64,000 nucleotides of DNA from the human T2T-CHM13v2.0 reference genome, Homo sapiens: the NCBI RefSeq assembly GCF_009914755.1, contig NC_060943.1. One strand, given 5' to 3'. Below, in pieces: positions 22,551 to 38,397 of the stretch. Position 1 is the first letter of the stretch. Each line of letters begins with the position of its first letter. The notes beneath the pieces were generated by a model. It was not told where the DNA came from. It did no database searches and was given only the letters and a program-made list of their open reading frames with translations. Made by a program: the position numbers and the translations under genes.

Positions 22551-22924
22551 TCATATTCTCCAATTACAAGCTAGTACTGTGCTCAGCAGAGAGGATGTGA
22601 TAAAATATTCTAGTAAATTAATACCAAAATACTAAGTTATAACAGAAATTTCTAAATATTTAGAAAATACTTTCAATTTGTAGGTTTCTTAATTTTACTA
22701 CCTGGTACTGCTGAATCAAAAATTGATGGTGGCAATGAGATTTTCAGGTGAGGCAACAATATTTTATGTCGCTAAATTTCTGGAATTACCACTAATTTAG
22801 AGTGAAGAATACAGCTCATCTCAGGACTGTGGAAAGTTTAGATTAAGATAAAACCTCTTGAAAAAACTATTTTCTAAATTACCAAATTCTGAAAATTTTC
22901 TAAAAAAAGAGGATCTGAAACTCT

Positions 22925-23215
22925 TTTTTTTTTTTTGAGATGGAGTTTTGCTTTGTTGCCCAGGCTGGAGTGCAGTGGCACGATCACGACTCACTGCAAC
23001 TTCCGTCTCCTGGGTTCAAGCAATTATTTGCCTCAGCTTTTTGAGTAGCTGGAATTACAGGCACCCGCCACCACACTTAGTTAGTTTTTTTATTTTTAGT
23101 AGAGACATGGTTTCACCATCTTGGCCAGGTTGGTCTTGAACTCCTGATCTCGTGATTCACTTGCCTTTGCTTCTCAAAGTATTGGGATTACAGGTGTGAG
23201 CCACCACACCTGGCC
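22925..23215 (-). mobile_element. AluS
   Basis: TSD ctgaaactctttt. Confidence 0.9.
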
Positions 23216-23279
23216 CTGAAACTCTTTTATGCAAAGAATAAATTACTAAAAACATTCTACAAAAAAAGAGAATGAATTA

Positions 23280-23477
<198 letters not shown>

Positions 23478-23777
23478 TTAATTTGACTTAAGGTGAAATG
23501 AGAGAGTAAGGAGAACTGGTTCTGACTTATAGGACTGACTAAAATTATCCAGTAAAATAATTTTTCAACACAGAAACATACATTCTCTGATGTATTCTCT
23601 AACTCTGAGAAAATAGATCCACAACATCAGTTCATCTATTTTTCCATATAATAAAGTATAAAATTAAGGCCATAAACACGAACATGCATTTTTGAGTGCT
23701 GTATTTTTATCATACAGAATGAGTTGTGAACATTTTTCAGATGGAAAAGACATGTTGAGTTAGAAGGCACATCTCAA

Positions 23778-24079
23778 GTTTTGTTTTGTTTTGTTTTGAG
23801 ACGGAGTTTCAATCTAGTTGCCCAGGCTGAAGTGCAGTGATGTGATCTCAGCTCACTGCAACCTCTGCCTCCCAGGTTCAAGTGATTCTCCTGCCTCAGC
23901 CTTCTAAGTAGCTGGGATTATAGGCATGCACCACCACACCTGGATAATTTTGTATTTTCAGTAGGATGGGGTTTTCTCTATTTTGGCCAGGCTGGTCTCG
24001 AACTCCTGACCTTGGATGATCTGCCCGCCTCGGCCTCCCAAAGTGCTGGGATTACAGGCATGAGCCACCGGGCCAGGCC
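23778..24079 (-). mobile_element. AluS
   Basis: Dimeric Alu. Confidence 0.9.
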
Positions 24080-24656
24080 AATTTTTTGAATTTCTAACAA
24101 GCTCACCAGTAATGCCAATATTTTGACCCAAGAAGGATATTTTGTCAAACATGCAGTAAGTGGAAGAGCTTGTGTTTTTCCCAGTTTTTCTAGCCTGTAA
24201 ACAAAGATAGGAGCCTTCATTTTCCAAAGAGAAATATGTAGAAAAAAATAAGAAAAAAGGACAGCCACCAGATTAAATGTGATGCTTTATGCACATCAGC
24301 TGCGTAAAGATACTTAATATGAAGAGAAAAATAATTACAGTGAAAAAAATCCATCAGAGAGCTATTTCACCAAGTGAATCATTAACCATTAACTGCACTA
24401 GGACAAATTTTTATGATGTGCTAATGCACACAGAAGAACACAGCATCACTGTTGAAATATTCCTCCCCAAAAAAGTAAATTATAGTCTGAATTTAACCAT
24501 AAAGAAACATCAGTTTTATGCAAACTTCAAACCACAGATAACTCCTATGTTCTGTAATTTTAAGTAGGCTTAATTTAGCACCCTAGAAAACAGGTATCTC
24601 CTAATTATTTATTTCAGAATTTTCTGGGTAATAAATGCCATCCCGTTTTAATAAGC

Positions 24657-24952
24657 ATTTATTTATTTTTTTTGAGACGGAGTCTCACTCTGTCGCCCAG
24701 GCTGGAGTACAGTGGCGCGATGTCCGCTCACTGCAACCTCTGCCTCCCGGGTTCAAGAAATTCTCTGCCTCAGCCTTCCAAGTAGTTGGGATTACACATG
24801 CCCGCCACCACACTCGGATAATTTTTGTATTTTTAATAGAGATGGAGTTTCATCATCTTGGCAAGGCTGGTCTTGAACTCCTGACCTTGTGATCCACCCG
24901 CCTCAGCCTTTCAAAGTGCTGGGAATATAGGTGTGAGCCACCGCACCAGGCC
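24657..24952 (-). mobile_element. AluS
   Basis: TSD aataagcattt. Confidence 0.9.
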
Positions 24953-26315
24953 TAAATAAGCATTTTCTTAATCCTGTTCTTCATAGAGCTAATGGAACAC
25001 ACTGTTGGAACCTCAACATTACATGTTCTCCATCTTTACTAAGGACCACAGTTTTCCCCAATAGAAATCTTGAGTATCCACATCTTTCCATGTTCAACAG
25101 CCACAAGGGAGCATTTTTAATATTGCAGATCATAAATCCTTACTGATAATTCTGCATGGCATATAAGAAGTTATGATGTAGAGAATGTAGAGAAGGCTCT
25201 GGGATATAGGAAAGAAATATTTTTCAGAGACCCTTGACTATCATAAGAATTTTAAGAAGTAGTTAAACCAAACTCATTAGGGAGAAAAACAGAAGTAGAG
25301 AAGCAAAGTTTTCTAAGTACTAAACACATGGCAGTCCAGGAGGCAGAGTGGACACAGCTCTTCATCTGACACATGTTTACCTGAAGAAAAGCCATTTTTT
25401 TCTTTCTCCTGCTTCTATGGAATTCATTCTCAGATGAGATTCTCCACACAAATTACACCTGCATATGGAGAATATGCCTTTAAAGGTGTCAGTACCACAT
25501 GTTTACCTGCTAGCATGACATCAAATGGCAGAAAAAAGAATTTCATTCATTTCTGTCCTTTAAAACAGAAGAGATTCAGGAACAATGAGCTGCTCCGTGA
25601 AGTTAAAAATATAAGTTCCTCCTTTCCTGTCCTGAGGTGCCCTCCCCTGCCACAGACACCAGCAATTTCTGCTACAGTAACGGAAATATGCACCACACTG
25701 ACCTGTTCCTACCAAACCCAAACAGAACAGGCCCTGTGACCACCCTTTAGTGCAAAGGTGGAACTTAACTCTCATGAATGTATTTGGAAGTCCTCATACC
25801 TGATTCTGGCCTTACCTTAGAGTCACATGAGGCCCTTCATTAAAACAACATGGATCCTTCCACCCAGGACAATAAACAGAAGCTGTGGGGAGGGCACAGG
25901 ACATTTCCGCTAATTGGCCATGTGATCCTAATGAGAAGCCTGGGCTGATAACCACTAAGCTAAGCATTGCCTCTCAAGCTTTAATGAGCTTATATATCAC
26001 TTGGTAATTTTGGCCCTGCTTTATGTAGTGTGATTCTGGAGGACTGAAAAGGGTCCATGAATGGGTGTTTTAAACAAGTTCCCTGTCAATGCTGATGTTG
26101 TTCCCCCTGGGCTCATTGTTAGCATTAGTTAGAGAAGCAGGAACAGCACAGGGTTGCTTACACTCAGCACTCTTGTCACAACCTAATATTTCTGGTACAA
26201 ATAAGGACAATGCATGTCCATCCTAAAGTTTTATATTCTTTGCTGGCTCTTTAAAGTTTACAGAGAAAACAGAAGGCAGCAATGTCTCAATAATTCTGTA
26301 TTTAAAGAACAACAT

Positions 26316-26630
<315 letters not shown>

Positions 26631-27476
26631 CTAATGCACTATTTATTAGGCAGGTACTATGTGCTCAAGAGCATGATAGAAAGCACTGTGCTGGGCCTAA
26701 CACGTTATGTGATTTAATCCTCGAAACACCTTGGGAGCTGGCACTAAGTGTTTAATAATTTCCAGGATTTAGATAAAGGGCCCAGCATTTTTTCTTCTTC
26801 TGTTTCTCTGTCATCAAAATTTTTAAAAAACTGTAAAGAGTAAAAGCTAAATATAGGCAGATGAAGGAGACATAGAAAGGAAGAGTTTAACATAGTTTAA
26901 ATTTTATTCTGTTTACGTTTACTTTTTTGTGACTTGTGGAATAACTACTGGATCTGCAGGAAGAGAAAACAAGTTGCTAAATGACTCTGCACGCACTGGT
27001 TTTAATAGAGAATTTATAAAATATGACCCTAAAATACACACTTTGTTTTTCCTGTTTATGTTTTTGTGTTCCAGGAAATTGTGAACACCACTTCTAGAAA
27101 GGCAGCAGGATTCACCAGCCAAAACTCTGATCTCTTCTAATCAGTTCTGTGAGGCCAGACTCCAAGGTAGAGTCAGACCTAAATAAGGCCTCCAAAAAGG
27201 ATAAATCTGAACAGGTCTGGGGCAGGGCAAGGCCCCTATGTAGAATTCTGTTCTCTATACCATTAGGGTACTTCCAGTTTTGTTTTTTCTAAGCTAACCT
27301 AAAAGAAACTTAAATCCCAGAGTTTCTCTAATTTTAATATTTTCTAGCCACTGTCCTGTCAACTTTATACTATATACTAATATGCAATTTAAACAAATCC
27401 CTTATGGTTTCCTAGGGTAATTTTATTAAAAAATAAATACGTACACTTAACAAAGTAAAATAAATAGAAATTATAT

Positions 27477-27767
27477 GGCCGGCACTGTGGCTCATACCTG
27501 TAATCCCAGCACTTTGGGTGGCCAAGGTTGGTGGAACACGAGGTCAGGAGTTCAAGACCAGCCTGACCAAGATGGTGAACCCTTGTCTCTACTAAAAATA
27601 TAAAAATTAGTTGGGCGTGGTGGCAGGCATCTGTAATCCCAGCTACTCAGGAGGCTGAGACAGGAGTATCACTTGAATCTGAATGGCAGAGCTTGCGGTG
27701 AGTCGAGATTGTGCCACTGCACTCCAGAATGGGTGACAGAGTGAGACTTTATCTCAAAAATTAAAAA
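27477..27767 (+). mobile_element. AluS
   Basis: Dimeric Alu. Confidence 0.9.
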
Positions 27768-30152
27768 GTAATTAGAATAACAATTCCTCTGTTCATAAAT
27801 ATCCCTTATGTGTAGATGTCAGAAATCACAACAATATAAAGGAAGTGGCCCAAATAAAGCTTAAGATTTTGGACACATCTATTTATTGTACCAACCATAT
27901 GATGCATAATCCAATTATTTATCTGGTTGCTAGTCTAGACTAAAAGCTTCTGGGTTGTAGGAACCATGACTACTTCATGGTTTTTTTTTTAATGGCCATA
28001 TGAGATGGAAGCAACTAGTTTATCTATTCGGGTCTCCAGATCTCCTCCTTGTTTATCATCCAAGTACCAGGAAACTGGATAAACTCTCATCTGGGTACCA
28101 ACCAAAGACACCTCTTGTATGAGGGGAGGAACAAACACAGATGACTCATTTCTCTTACACTGAGACAGAAGCAGAATTAACCATTTTTGTCAACCTGACA
28201 CAATTCTGTTCTGGACATCCTCAAATGCCTCAAAGACACCTAGGTTATTGTGAGATTATTAGATATCATTGGGCTGATGGCCCAATGATAAGCCAGGCTG
28301 CAGACTCGGGCTGTTTCTAAATAGAAAATGGAACTGCACTGGTGGAGCTCCAGAACTTGGATCACCCGTTCTGATTTGCTAGCTCTTGGGTAAAAGAAAG
28401 AACAAAAATACTCTACTCCAGTATCACATTTTACAGGTAAATATAGTTGTGGTCATGGCTCTGGATACTTTGTGGCCTTGATCTCTCACTCCAAAGATGC
28501 TTATTTACACTTACAGATTCTGCCATCAGATTCTATTTCCTCCTGGAACCTCTCACATCACTGTAGCAGGTCAATGAACAAGATGTGAAACATCTCACAG
28601 AGCCACATTCCCAAATGGGGGCTGTAAGCTGTCTTTGCTGACATCTCACAAGGCAGAAAATGCCATTTGTTAGTTCTCTGTACATTCACAATCCAAAGAC
28701 CAGCCCTTTTTTGTAAATCCCAGGCAGAGGCCAGACCTTATCTGCAGATTCTAGGTAGGATCCACCTGGCTCTGCATCCTTTGGTGTTACAGCAAGTGGA
28801 GTACAATCCGAGGAGAGATCCCCTCATAGAGGCTCCTCTAGCACATTCTAAATGATAAGTCTACATGAAATAAAAAAAAAAAGCTGACACAACATCAATA
28901 TAAGTAGACAGTTTATTTGGGTCAAGCTGAAGGATTATAATCTGGGAGCAAAGATTCAAGTTGTCTGGAATCTACACTTTGATTGGCATCAGTTACAAGA
29001 GGATTTGTAAAGATAACAAGAGAAGAACAGAGTAGGTAGACACAAAGTTGTTTGTCAGAAATTTTTATGTATTTAGAGAAATAGCATTTATTATTGATTA
29101 GATATATATAGTTATGGTTTAGGATATGGGATATAGTGTCCAACGTGTCATTATTAGTTTAATTTATAGCTACTTTTGGCAATCGTGAACAGTTTCAAGA
29201 GATGAATACATAGTTCAAAGGAGGGAGAAATAACTGCACTTTCATTTTCATGTCTCTGAGTTTGATAACCAAAGGACTTGCATTTTTTAGATAAAAGTTT
29301 TTTATTTCCCAAATCTCAAGACCTAAATTCAAAATTTGGAGCTGCAGATTTAGGGGCTGAAGGACTGGAGCAGCAGCAGATGTTACCTGAACATTTGTGA
29401 GCACTTTAGCAAGAGGAGAAAGGGGAACGTGGAGATTCTCATGTCTCTATGTCTACTAATGCACATGTTACTGTGATTGGGTTTCTGGGCTAAATAGTTT
29501 TTGTATCAGTTTCAGGCCTGAAGATACAAGAGTCATTGATAGAGGTAAAATGATTGATTGTTGCCCTGTGAAGTTTGTAGAAATGTGGTCTAGCCTCTCT
29601 AGAAGTGACTCTAGAGGACTATAGATACCAAATAGGAAGAGACACAATTCTGCCTCCATATTTAGGGGACAGCATGCATTTTGAAGTGCAAATGTGAGTT
29701 GACTGGAAGCCTGAGAGGAAAAGTCCCCTCTAGAGTAAATTCTGGTTGGCACCTTATGTGTTTTTATCATGTCTGGTAATTCTAGACAGTGTTTGGAAAT
29801 GATTAAAAGAAAAATTTTCTCCAGCCCCAGAGAAACTCCACAAAAGTAGCACAGAAAGAAAATGGTTTTATTACACAATTGAACTTAATTGTGACATGCA
29901 TCATCATCAGTCTGCTTAAGGGATCGCAAAGACAGAAAGATGGTCACCATAATTAGTTCACAAATAGAAGAATTTCCAGCGCCATGTCATACATAGTTCA
30001 TCCTATGAACAGATTGAAGAGGCCATCTGTGTATGCTAATTGCTTATATTCAATGACAAACTTTTCACATCTTCATAACAGGAAGTAGTTTAGTAGCTTT
30101 AATCCAGGTGCCTTCTGAAGGTAGGCTTTCATTGTGCTACAAAAATGGTTGA

Positions 30153-30563
<411 letters not shown>

Positions 30564-31564
30564 TAGTGTCCTCTCTTGACCTATAACATCTGCCACTGAG
30601 GCACAGCCTGGAGCACAGCTCACATTTTATATGAACCCCATTTGCCACAGCAGCACTCTAGTGTCACATCAGAGAGTGAGGCCTGAGCTGCAGGAGGAGA
30701 GCCTGCAGGCCTCCTGGGTAGAATTACACCTTCACAATCATGAGAATGTGATTAGTGTTTCAGCCTCAGTTTCTACCTATAGTAGGGACATGGAAAAAAT
30801 ACTGCTGAATTTCCAGCATAAGTCCAGATAGAAATAGCTCTAAAAGTTCTCGCTATGAAAGTCCACCTCATGTAGACACCATCGGATATGAATAGGGCTT
30901 TTGAAACAGACACCCAAAGCATTGGAGAGAAAAACAGATCTCCATCTGAGCCAGATTATTTTGAGAGAAAAAAGTTCAAAAGATCTTAAGAAAAAGCTCA
31001 TATTAGATATAAGATTGATCAGCCAGAAGATATTCCCCTAAAAGCAATTTCTCTGTAAACACTCAAAGTGCACAGCTACTCTCAGCATGAGAAACATGAG
31101 CCTTATGAAAAAAAAGTGCAGTTTTTCAGAAGAATTTTATAGCCTTTTTCCCATCTTTGCTGGTCTGTCATCTCCTAGCCATTAAATTGGGGTTCTATAT
31201 TGAAATACATCTGACAACTTTCAACAACACTTTTTGATGAAGAAATAGAAACTGACTGTGTTCATATAGTGGAACATATTAGAACTGGCAACATCGTTAA
31301 CTGCAGAGCTATTATGGTTTTTGGGTGGCCACATCACCTGTCTCCTGTAATAACAGCATTCCAATTTAGTAAAATAAAAGATACACAAATTGTGTTTACT
31401 CACAATTTTCCCTATTGAATAAAGCAATAAACTTGTCACTAATATCTACTGTAAAAATTTGGTAGTAAATTTTCTTTGGATATTAGATATAAAGATCTAA
31501 GTATGAATAATTTTAATGAACCGGTCATAATGTATTCAGTATTTTTAAAAATTGCAACTACATA

Positions 31565-32189
<625 letters not shown>

Positions 32190-32304
32190 CTATACTTCAG
32201 TTAAAACACTTTATATTTCAAAAGTATAAACAAAATAACCATTTAAGCGATTAATTCAAAGTAAGTATTGTGGCTTAATATTCATAGGATTGTAGAATAC
32301 AGTG

Positions 32305-32606
<302 letters not shown>

Positions 32607-33245
32607 TCAAGGTACAGATCCAATCACCCACCCCATCCTGTTCACTTACATGCGCAATAACCACCCTCCCAGGAGACACTGCACTATGCCCCAGTGAGTG
32701 CCCCAGGTGCATTTTACTTTGTAAGTTATTTATGCCATCTCACTGGGGTCAGTTTTTTGTCTTTTGGAGTGTTTTTTCACTATTTTTCTGCCCCTCCCAC
32801 AAGATAATCCAGAAGACAGAAATTATTTGTTTTCCCCTCAATACCAGCATCTGATTGACTGACCAGCAATGTGTCTCCTAGAAATGAAAGCCAGGTTGAG
32901 TGAAGACAATCTTCATGTCTCAAGGGGTTAGCTTTTCAAAAAAAAAAAAGTGCACCAGAAGATGCCTTTCAGCCCCAAGGCTGCCACCTGCTCCCTTGAA
33001 AGTCTACACTCCATGCTTCAGGTGGTCCTATGGGAGAAAATGACCCAAGAGATAATAGTCACTAGACACTCTAGCAGACATAGCCATAGTGGGTATGTTG
33101 GTTTATTCCCAGAAAGTACTAAAACCCAGGACCAGAAAAAAACTGAAGGTTGGCTGAGGACACATCATCCTACAAAGTTTCCAAAGGGTAATCTTGACCC
33201 AAAAACATTCCGGTAAGTTCTCTGGAAAAATAAAAGAAAAAGAGG

Positions 33246-33553
33246 CGCCAGACACGGTGGCTCACACCTGTAATCCCAGCACTTTGGAACGCAGAGGCGG
33301 GCGGATCACGAGGTCAAGAGATCCAGGCCATCCTGGCCAACATGGTGAAACCTCTCTAGCTGGGCATGGTGGCACATGACTGTAGTTCCAGCTACTCAGG
33401 AGGCTGAGGCAGGATAATTGCTTGAACCCGGGAGGTGGAGGTTGCAGTGAGCCCAGATCGCGCGGCTGCACAACTGTAGGACCTCACTCCAGTCTGGCAA
33501 CAGAGCGAAAACTCTGTCTCAAAAAGCAAAACAAAAAAAAGAAAAAAGAAAAA
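33246..33553 (+). mobile_element. AluSc-like
   Basis: Alu with linker deletion. Confidence 0.88.
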
Positions 33554-34075
33554 GACACAAATATTTTTTACAATACAGTGTCAGGGGATTATTCTTTGCT
33601 TTCTTCTCCTGGGAAATATTTACAAACAGAAAACAAATATTTTCAATAGTGTTATGCCATGCTTTTTAAAGAATGATTAATTGAGGAACATGGGGTACAC
33701 TTGAGGCCCTGCTTGGGACACATGTGAAAAATGCCAGGGAAAAATCAGTTCCCTGTGAGGTGTGAAAATAATTAATTGCACTTTTTGTTAAATTACTATA
33801 TTAAGGGAAATAAAATTCAAGCTTACACAACTATAAACTGCCAATTAAGCTCTGAATCATAACTAGGACATTTCCACCTCGATTGTACAAAATAAGAAAC
33901 TACGTAACTATACCTAACCAACGATTGAATATGGTTTTCTTCATCATGCACCTTATAAATGTCTTTCCTTCAAGCCCCTACCATGGACCATAAAGTACAA
34001 ACTATAGCTGGGTGCTCAACAATTCTTGAATCACTCTTTAATTAAATTATTTGATATTTTTGCGGCGACTCTCAT

Positions 34076-34365
34076 ATTTTTTTTTTTTAGACAGAGTTTT
34101 GCTCTGTCGCCCAGGCTGGAGTGCAGTGGTAAGATATCAGCCCCTGCAACCTCTGCCTCTTGGGTTCAAGCGATTCTGTCACCTCTGCCTTCCAAGTAGC
34201 TGGGATTACAGACATTCGCCATCACACCCAGCTAATTTTTGTATTTTTAGTAGAGATGGGGTTTCCTCATTTTGACCAGGCTCGTCTTCAACTCCTGACC
34301 TCAAGTGATCCGCCCGCCTCGGCCTCCCAAAGTGCTAGGATTCCAGGCGTGAGCCACCGCGCAAG
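34076..34365 (-). mobile_element. AluS
   Basis: Dimeric Alu. Confidence 0.9.
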
Positions 34366-34399
34366 GGCCCATACATTTTTAATAGGAGAAAAGGGAAAC

Positions 34400-35060
34400 T
34401 GTGAAGACCAAGCACCAAAGCTCTTCCCATTCATGAACTTGCATCCTGAGTCAGGATTCTCCCCTGAGGACCCTCCCGTGGTCCCTGCACGATCTGGGAG
34501 ACACGTGGCGCTGTGGGTGCAGAGCTGCCCGGAGAGGGCTCCAGGCCAGGGCACAGTCACTGCGAGGGGAAGAGACAGGACGCCGGGGGGCCCGGGTGTG
34601 AGCGCAGCCTCCATCTTACGGCTGAAAGGGACTGAGGCCGAGCTGGGCAAGGAGAACTTGGGGCGCAGATTGCGGAGCTGACTGCGGGGAGGCCTGAGTC
34701 CCGCCACAGCCACTTCCCACCGGTTCCAACCAGTTCCTCCCCTGCTCTCGTGATGTCCGACGGCACTCACCATTTCTAGGCTTCCAGGAGGTCCTGGCGT
34801 CTTAGCTGTGGATCTCCCAAAACCGTCAGGTCACAGGGCTGGGCCTCCAGCAGCAGAGGACACAGAGTAGTGAAGATGAGACCTGGAGCTCCAGGTGCAG
34901 TGAGAGACAAAGGCCCCGCCAAACTCGGAAGTCGACCTGTTCGCTCCAGCTGGGTGTCTGATTGGACGGTTTCCAGCCCAGTGTCCCTGATTGGATAATG
35001 CTTAAGGCCTCGCCCCTTCAGGACCTAGTGAGAGAAGATGTGATAAGATGCTGCGCTGAG
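34400..35060 (-). promoter_or_regulatory. CpG-rich promoter/exon 1 of the minus-strand ZNF fragment
   Basis: Two CCAAT boxes (attgg at 34961-34965 and 34990-34994), GC box near 35010, ATG-donor exon as in ZNF253. Confidence 0.8.
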
Positions 35061-35492
35061 CAATGAAAGAGTCACAGCCTAAGCTGCATCTTTTTCAGGC
35101 AGGGCTTTCTCCCAGAGCTGAGCCAGGCCCACCCCAGAGCATGGGAAAATTCTATCTCTTTTTTGCTCTCTCTTTTTGAATGTATTCGAAAGGTGAACGG
35201 AAGTACTTTGCTGTTATATTAATAATACGTAAAATTTTTGTTCAAGAGAAAATCAACTTTTACTTTGGTAATAGTGTATTATCAATACTAAAGCTAATTT
35301 TAATAAAACCTTATAAACAAATCAAATTTGTCATTTTTGACCTTTCGAGATTTGCATATATATTTTGTAATCTCTTGTAATTTTTAAACTATTTATATTT
35401 TACTTATATCTACATTCCTTTTATTTTTTCAATTTGAAACAACCTTTAAGTAATTTCAAACTGCTATAGGAGATAGAAAGCATTTAGGGACA

Positions 35493-35710
35493 GGGACTGT
35501 GGCTCACGCCTCTAATCCCAGCACTTTGAGAGGCCAAGGTGGGCAGACTACTTGAGGTCAGGAGTTAAAGACCAGCCTGGCCAATATGGTGAAACCCCAT
35601 CTCTACTAAAAATACAAAAATTTAGCCGGGCATGCTGGTGCACACCTGTGGTCCCAGCTACTACAGAGGCCGAGGCAGAAGAATCGCTTGAACCCAGGAG
35701 GCAGAGGTTG
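35493..35710 (+). mobile_element. AluS, 3'-truncated by an LTR piece; shared by both duplication arms
   Basis: gaggttg|tgtaaggccc junction mirrored at 37802. Confidence 0.88.
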
Positions 35711-35777
35711 TGTAAGGCCCAAGGGGTTCACCTTGCCCTTTGCCTAGACAGAGCTGATTCATCAAGACAGGGGAATT
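35711..35777 (-). mobile_element. Terminal ~67 bp of an LTR8-like LTR
   Basis: aaggggttcaccttgccc…cctagacagagctgattcatcaagacaggggaatt; mirrored at 37735-37801. Confidence 0.65.
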
Positions 35778-36190
35778 TGTGGAGGAAAAGTTAAATATTA
35801 AATTTGAACTCAATTGAACGTGGACACAAACAATGATCACCAAGTCCAGGAAGAGGTTGTGTGAGACCTTTGATGCATTCATCCAGTGCTGTTTTGGAGA
35901 AATCTCTATTTCCATCTATTCCTATACTTTACTTATTGAAAAACGATAGACAATCACAAAAACAAGTTGACCTTTTTGTGTTCCTTGAGCCCAGTCACTA
36001 AGGGCCCTCGTGACTGGGCTTTATGCCAAATAAAAGAGCTGGGATCCCAGATGGCGCCGAAGTTTCATGAGACCTCTCCTCGTCTGTGCGTGGACGAGTG
36101 GCCGACTCTGAAGCCCAGGCTGTGGCTTCCTGGTCTGGTGGTGAATCCTCCACAGTCTGGGGAGTGTGGTGTCTGACTCTGGATCCCAGG
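35778..36190 (+). mobile_element. LTR18-type LTR, 3'-truncated (left arm copy)
   Basis: Starts tgtggaggaaaagttaaatattaaatttgaactc; inverted homolog of 37102-37734. Confidence 0.82.
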
Positions 36191-37101
36191 GCTGGAAACT
36201 CAAGGACTTCCTATATCCCAGTTCTCCCCCTTGTCATGCCCCATCTGGTGAGTTTTGGGGGAACTCATGACCCAAGTCATAATAGGAATTTCAGGCCTCA
36301 TAAAGACATCATGGTTGAAGCAGAGGTGTTCTGTTTCCAGCAAAGCCCTATAGGAAGCTAACAATTGCTTCTAGAAAGAGGTATAAGCTTTGCCGGCCTA
36401 TGACAGTTTCTGGGTCCAAAACCTGAAATGTACCTCTTCCCATCTTGTTTCTGCCTAACGCTCCAATTAGCATGTTGATCTAGGACAGTTACTTGCAGTT
36501 CTACTGGCCCATCCCGTATGGAGCATAGATCCAGGGCCAGCAGCACCACTTGTTTAGCTTGTTCAGAAGCCATGCTCTCCTTCTTTCCCCAGTGAAAGTC
36601 ATAGTGTTTTCTAGTGGCTGCATGCAGAGGTTGTAAAATGTTACCCAAGTGGGGAATATGATGTCTCCAGAATCCAAACAAGACAATACATTTCTGAGCC
36701 TCCTTTTTAGCAGCAGGGATTTCAAATTCTAGTATTTTAGCCTTAGCCTTTGATAAAATGGACTATTTCCTCCCATTCCATAGGATGCAACCAGCTCCTA
36801 TCTTGACACATTAACCTATAAGCAGTAAGCAAACACCATCCACTCTGGGAGATCCCTCAGCATCTGCTTTGCTGACTGGAATCCCCTGCAGCCCTTCATG
36901 CACAGTCAAAAGTTTAAATTGCACTAATTTAGATTCCCAATTCTCACAAAGGCCAGTTCCCCTGGACCATTCAACTGCCAAGGGGGAGAAGTGGGGGATT
37001 TCCCATCTCTGGATATGGGAAGTCCACGAGCCTCTAGCCCCGTCCTTGTGGCCAAAAAGTGGCACACTTTGGTTTTCGAATCCTGTTTGTGACACCAAAA
37101 A
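36191..37101 (-). mobile_element. Deleted HERV-S/HERVL18 internal region: PBS, leader and pol (RT thumb/connection) fragment
   Basis: Translation …AKKEAQKCIVLFGFWRHHIPHLGNILQPL…MRPEIPIMTWV is ERVL-class pol; PBS at 37075-37097. Confidence 0.82.
37075..37097 (-). promoter_or_regulatory. Retroviral primer-binding site complementary to the tRNA-Ser(CGA) 3' end
   Basis: + strand ttcgaatcctgtttgtgacacca versus recalled tRNA-Ser 3' end ttcgaatcctgttcgtgacgcca (two CpG-type transitions), directly next to the LTR end. Confidence 0.75.
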
Positions 37102-37304
37102 TATTCGGGTGGGAAACACATGAGGGGAGAAGGAAAGACACACACACAACACCTTTAATGGTAAACAAGTTTATTCCACGTAAGTGGCAATGCAGATATA
37201 ATAAGCAAATGATATAATAAACAGATCAATATAACAAGCATATTGATATAAGAACCACATTGATATAATAAGCAAATTGCAATGGGAAGAGGAGAAAGGA
37301 AAAG

Positions 37305-37335
<31 letters not shown>

Positions 37336-37734
37336 CACTCACTAGAGTATGGAGGTTTCACCACCAAGGTGGTAAGCAACAGCCTGGGTTCCAGAGTCGG
37401 CCACTCATTTCTGCACAGATGAGGACAGGTCTCATGAAGCTTTGGCGCAGTCTGGTACCCTCAGTTTTTTGTAACGAGTTGTTTGGCAGGAGGTCCAGTC
37501 ACGAGGGCCTTCCGCAACTGGGCACAAGGAACACAAAAAGGTCAACTTGCTTTTGTGATTGTCTATTGTTTTTCAATAACTAATGTATAGAAATAGATTG
37601 AAATAGAGATATCACTGAAACAGCTCTGAATGAACAACTCAGAAGGCTCACACAACCTGTTCCAGGACTTCGTGACAATTGTTTGTGTCCACGTTTAATT
37701 GAGTTCAAATTTAATATTTAACTTTTCCTCCACA
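37102..37734 (-). mobile_element. 5' LTR18-type LTR of the HERV-S provirus
   Basis: Full-length LTR followed by the PBS; internal (TA)n 37305-37332. Confidence 0.85.
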
Positions 37735-37801
37735 AATTCCCCTGTCTTGATGAATCATCTCTGTCTAGGCAAAGGGCCAGGTGAACCCCTTGGGCCTTAC
37801 A

Positions 37802-38241
<440 letters not shown>

Positions 38242-38397
38242 TGAAATTACTTAAAGGTTGTTTCAAACTGAAAAAATAAAAAGAATGTAGATATAAATAA
38301 AATATAGTTAAAAAATTACAGGAGATTACAAATTATATATGTAAATCTCGAGAGGTCAAAAATGACAAATTTTGTTTATTTACAAGGTTTTATTTAT

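Noticed and set aside
36358-36681. Retroviral pol ORF as a domesticated gene
   Set aside because: Short, frameshifted fragment of a heavily deleted provirus
37075-37097. tRNA gene
   Set aside because: Only the 3' ~23 nt including CCA, adjacent to an LTR, so it is a primer-binding site
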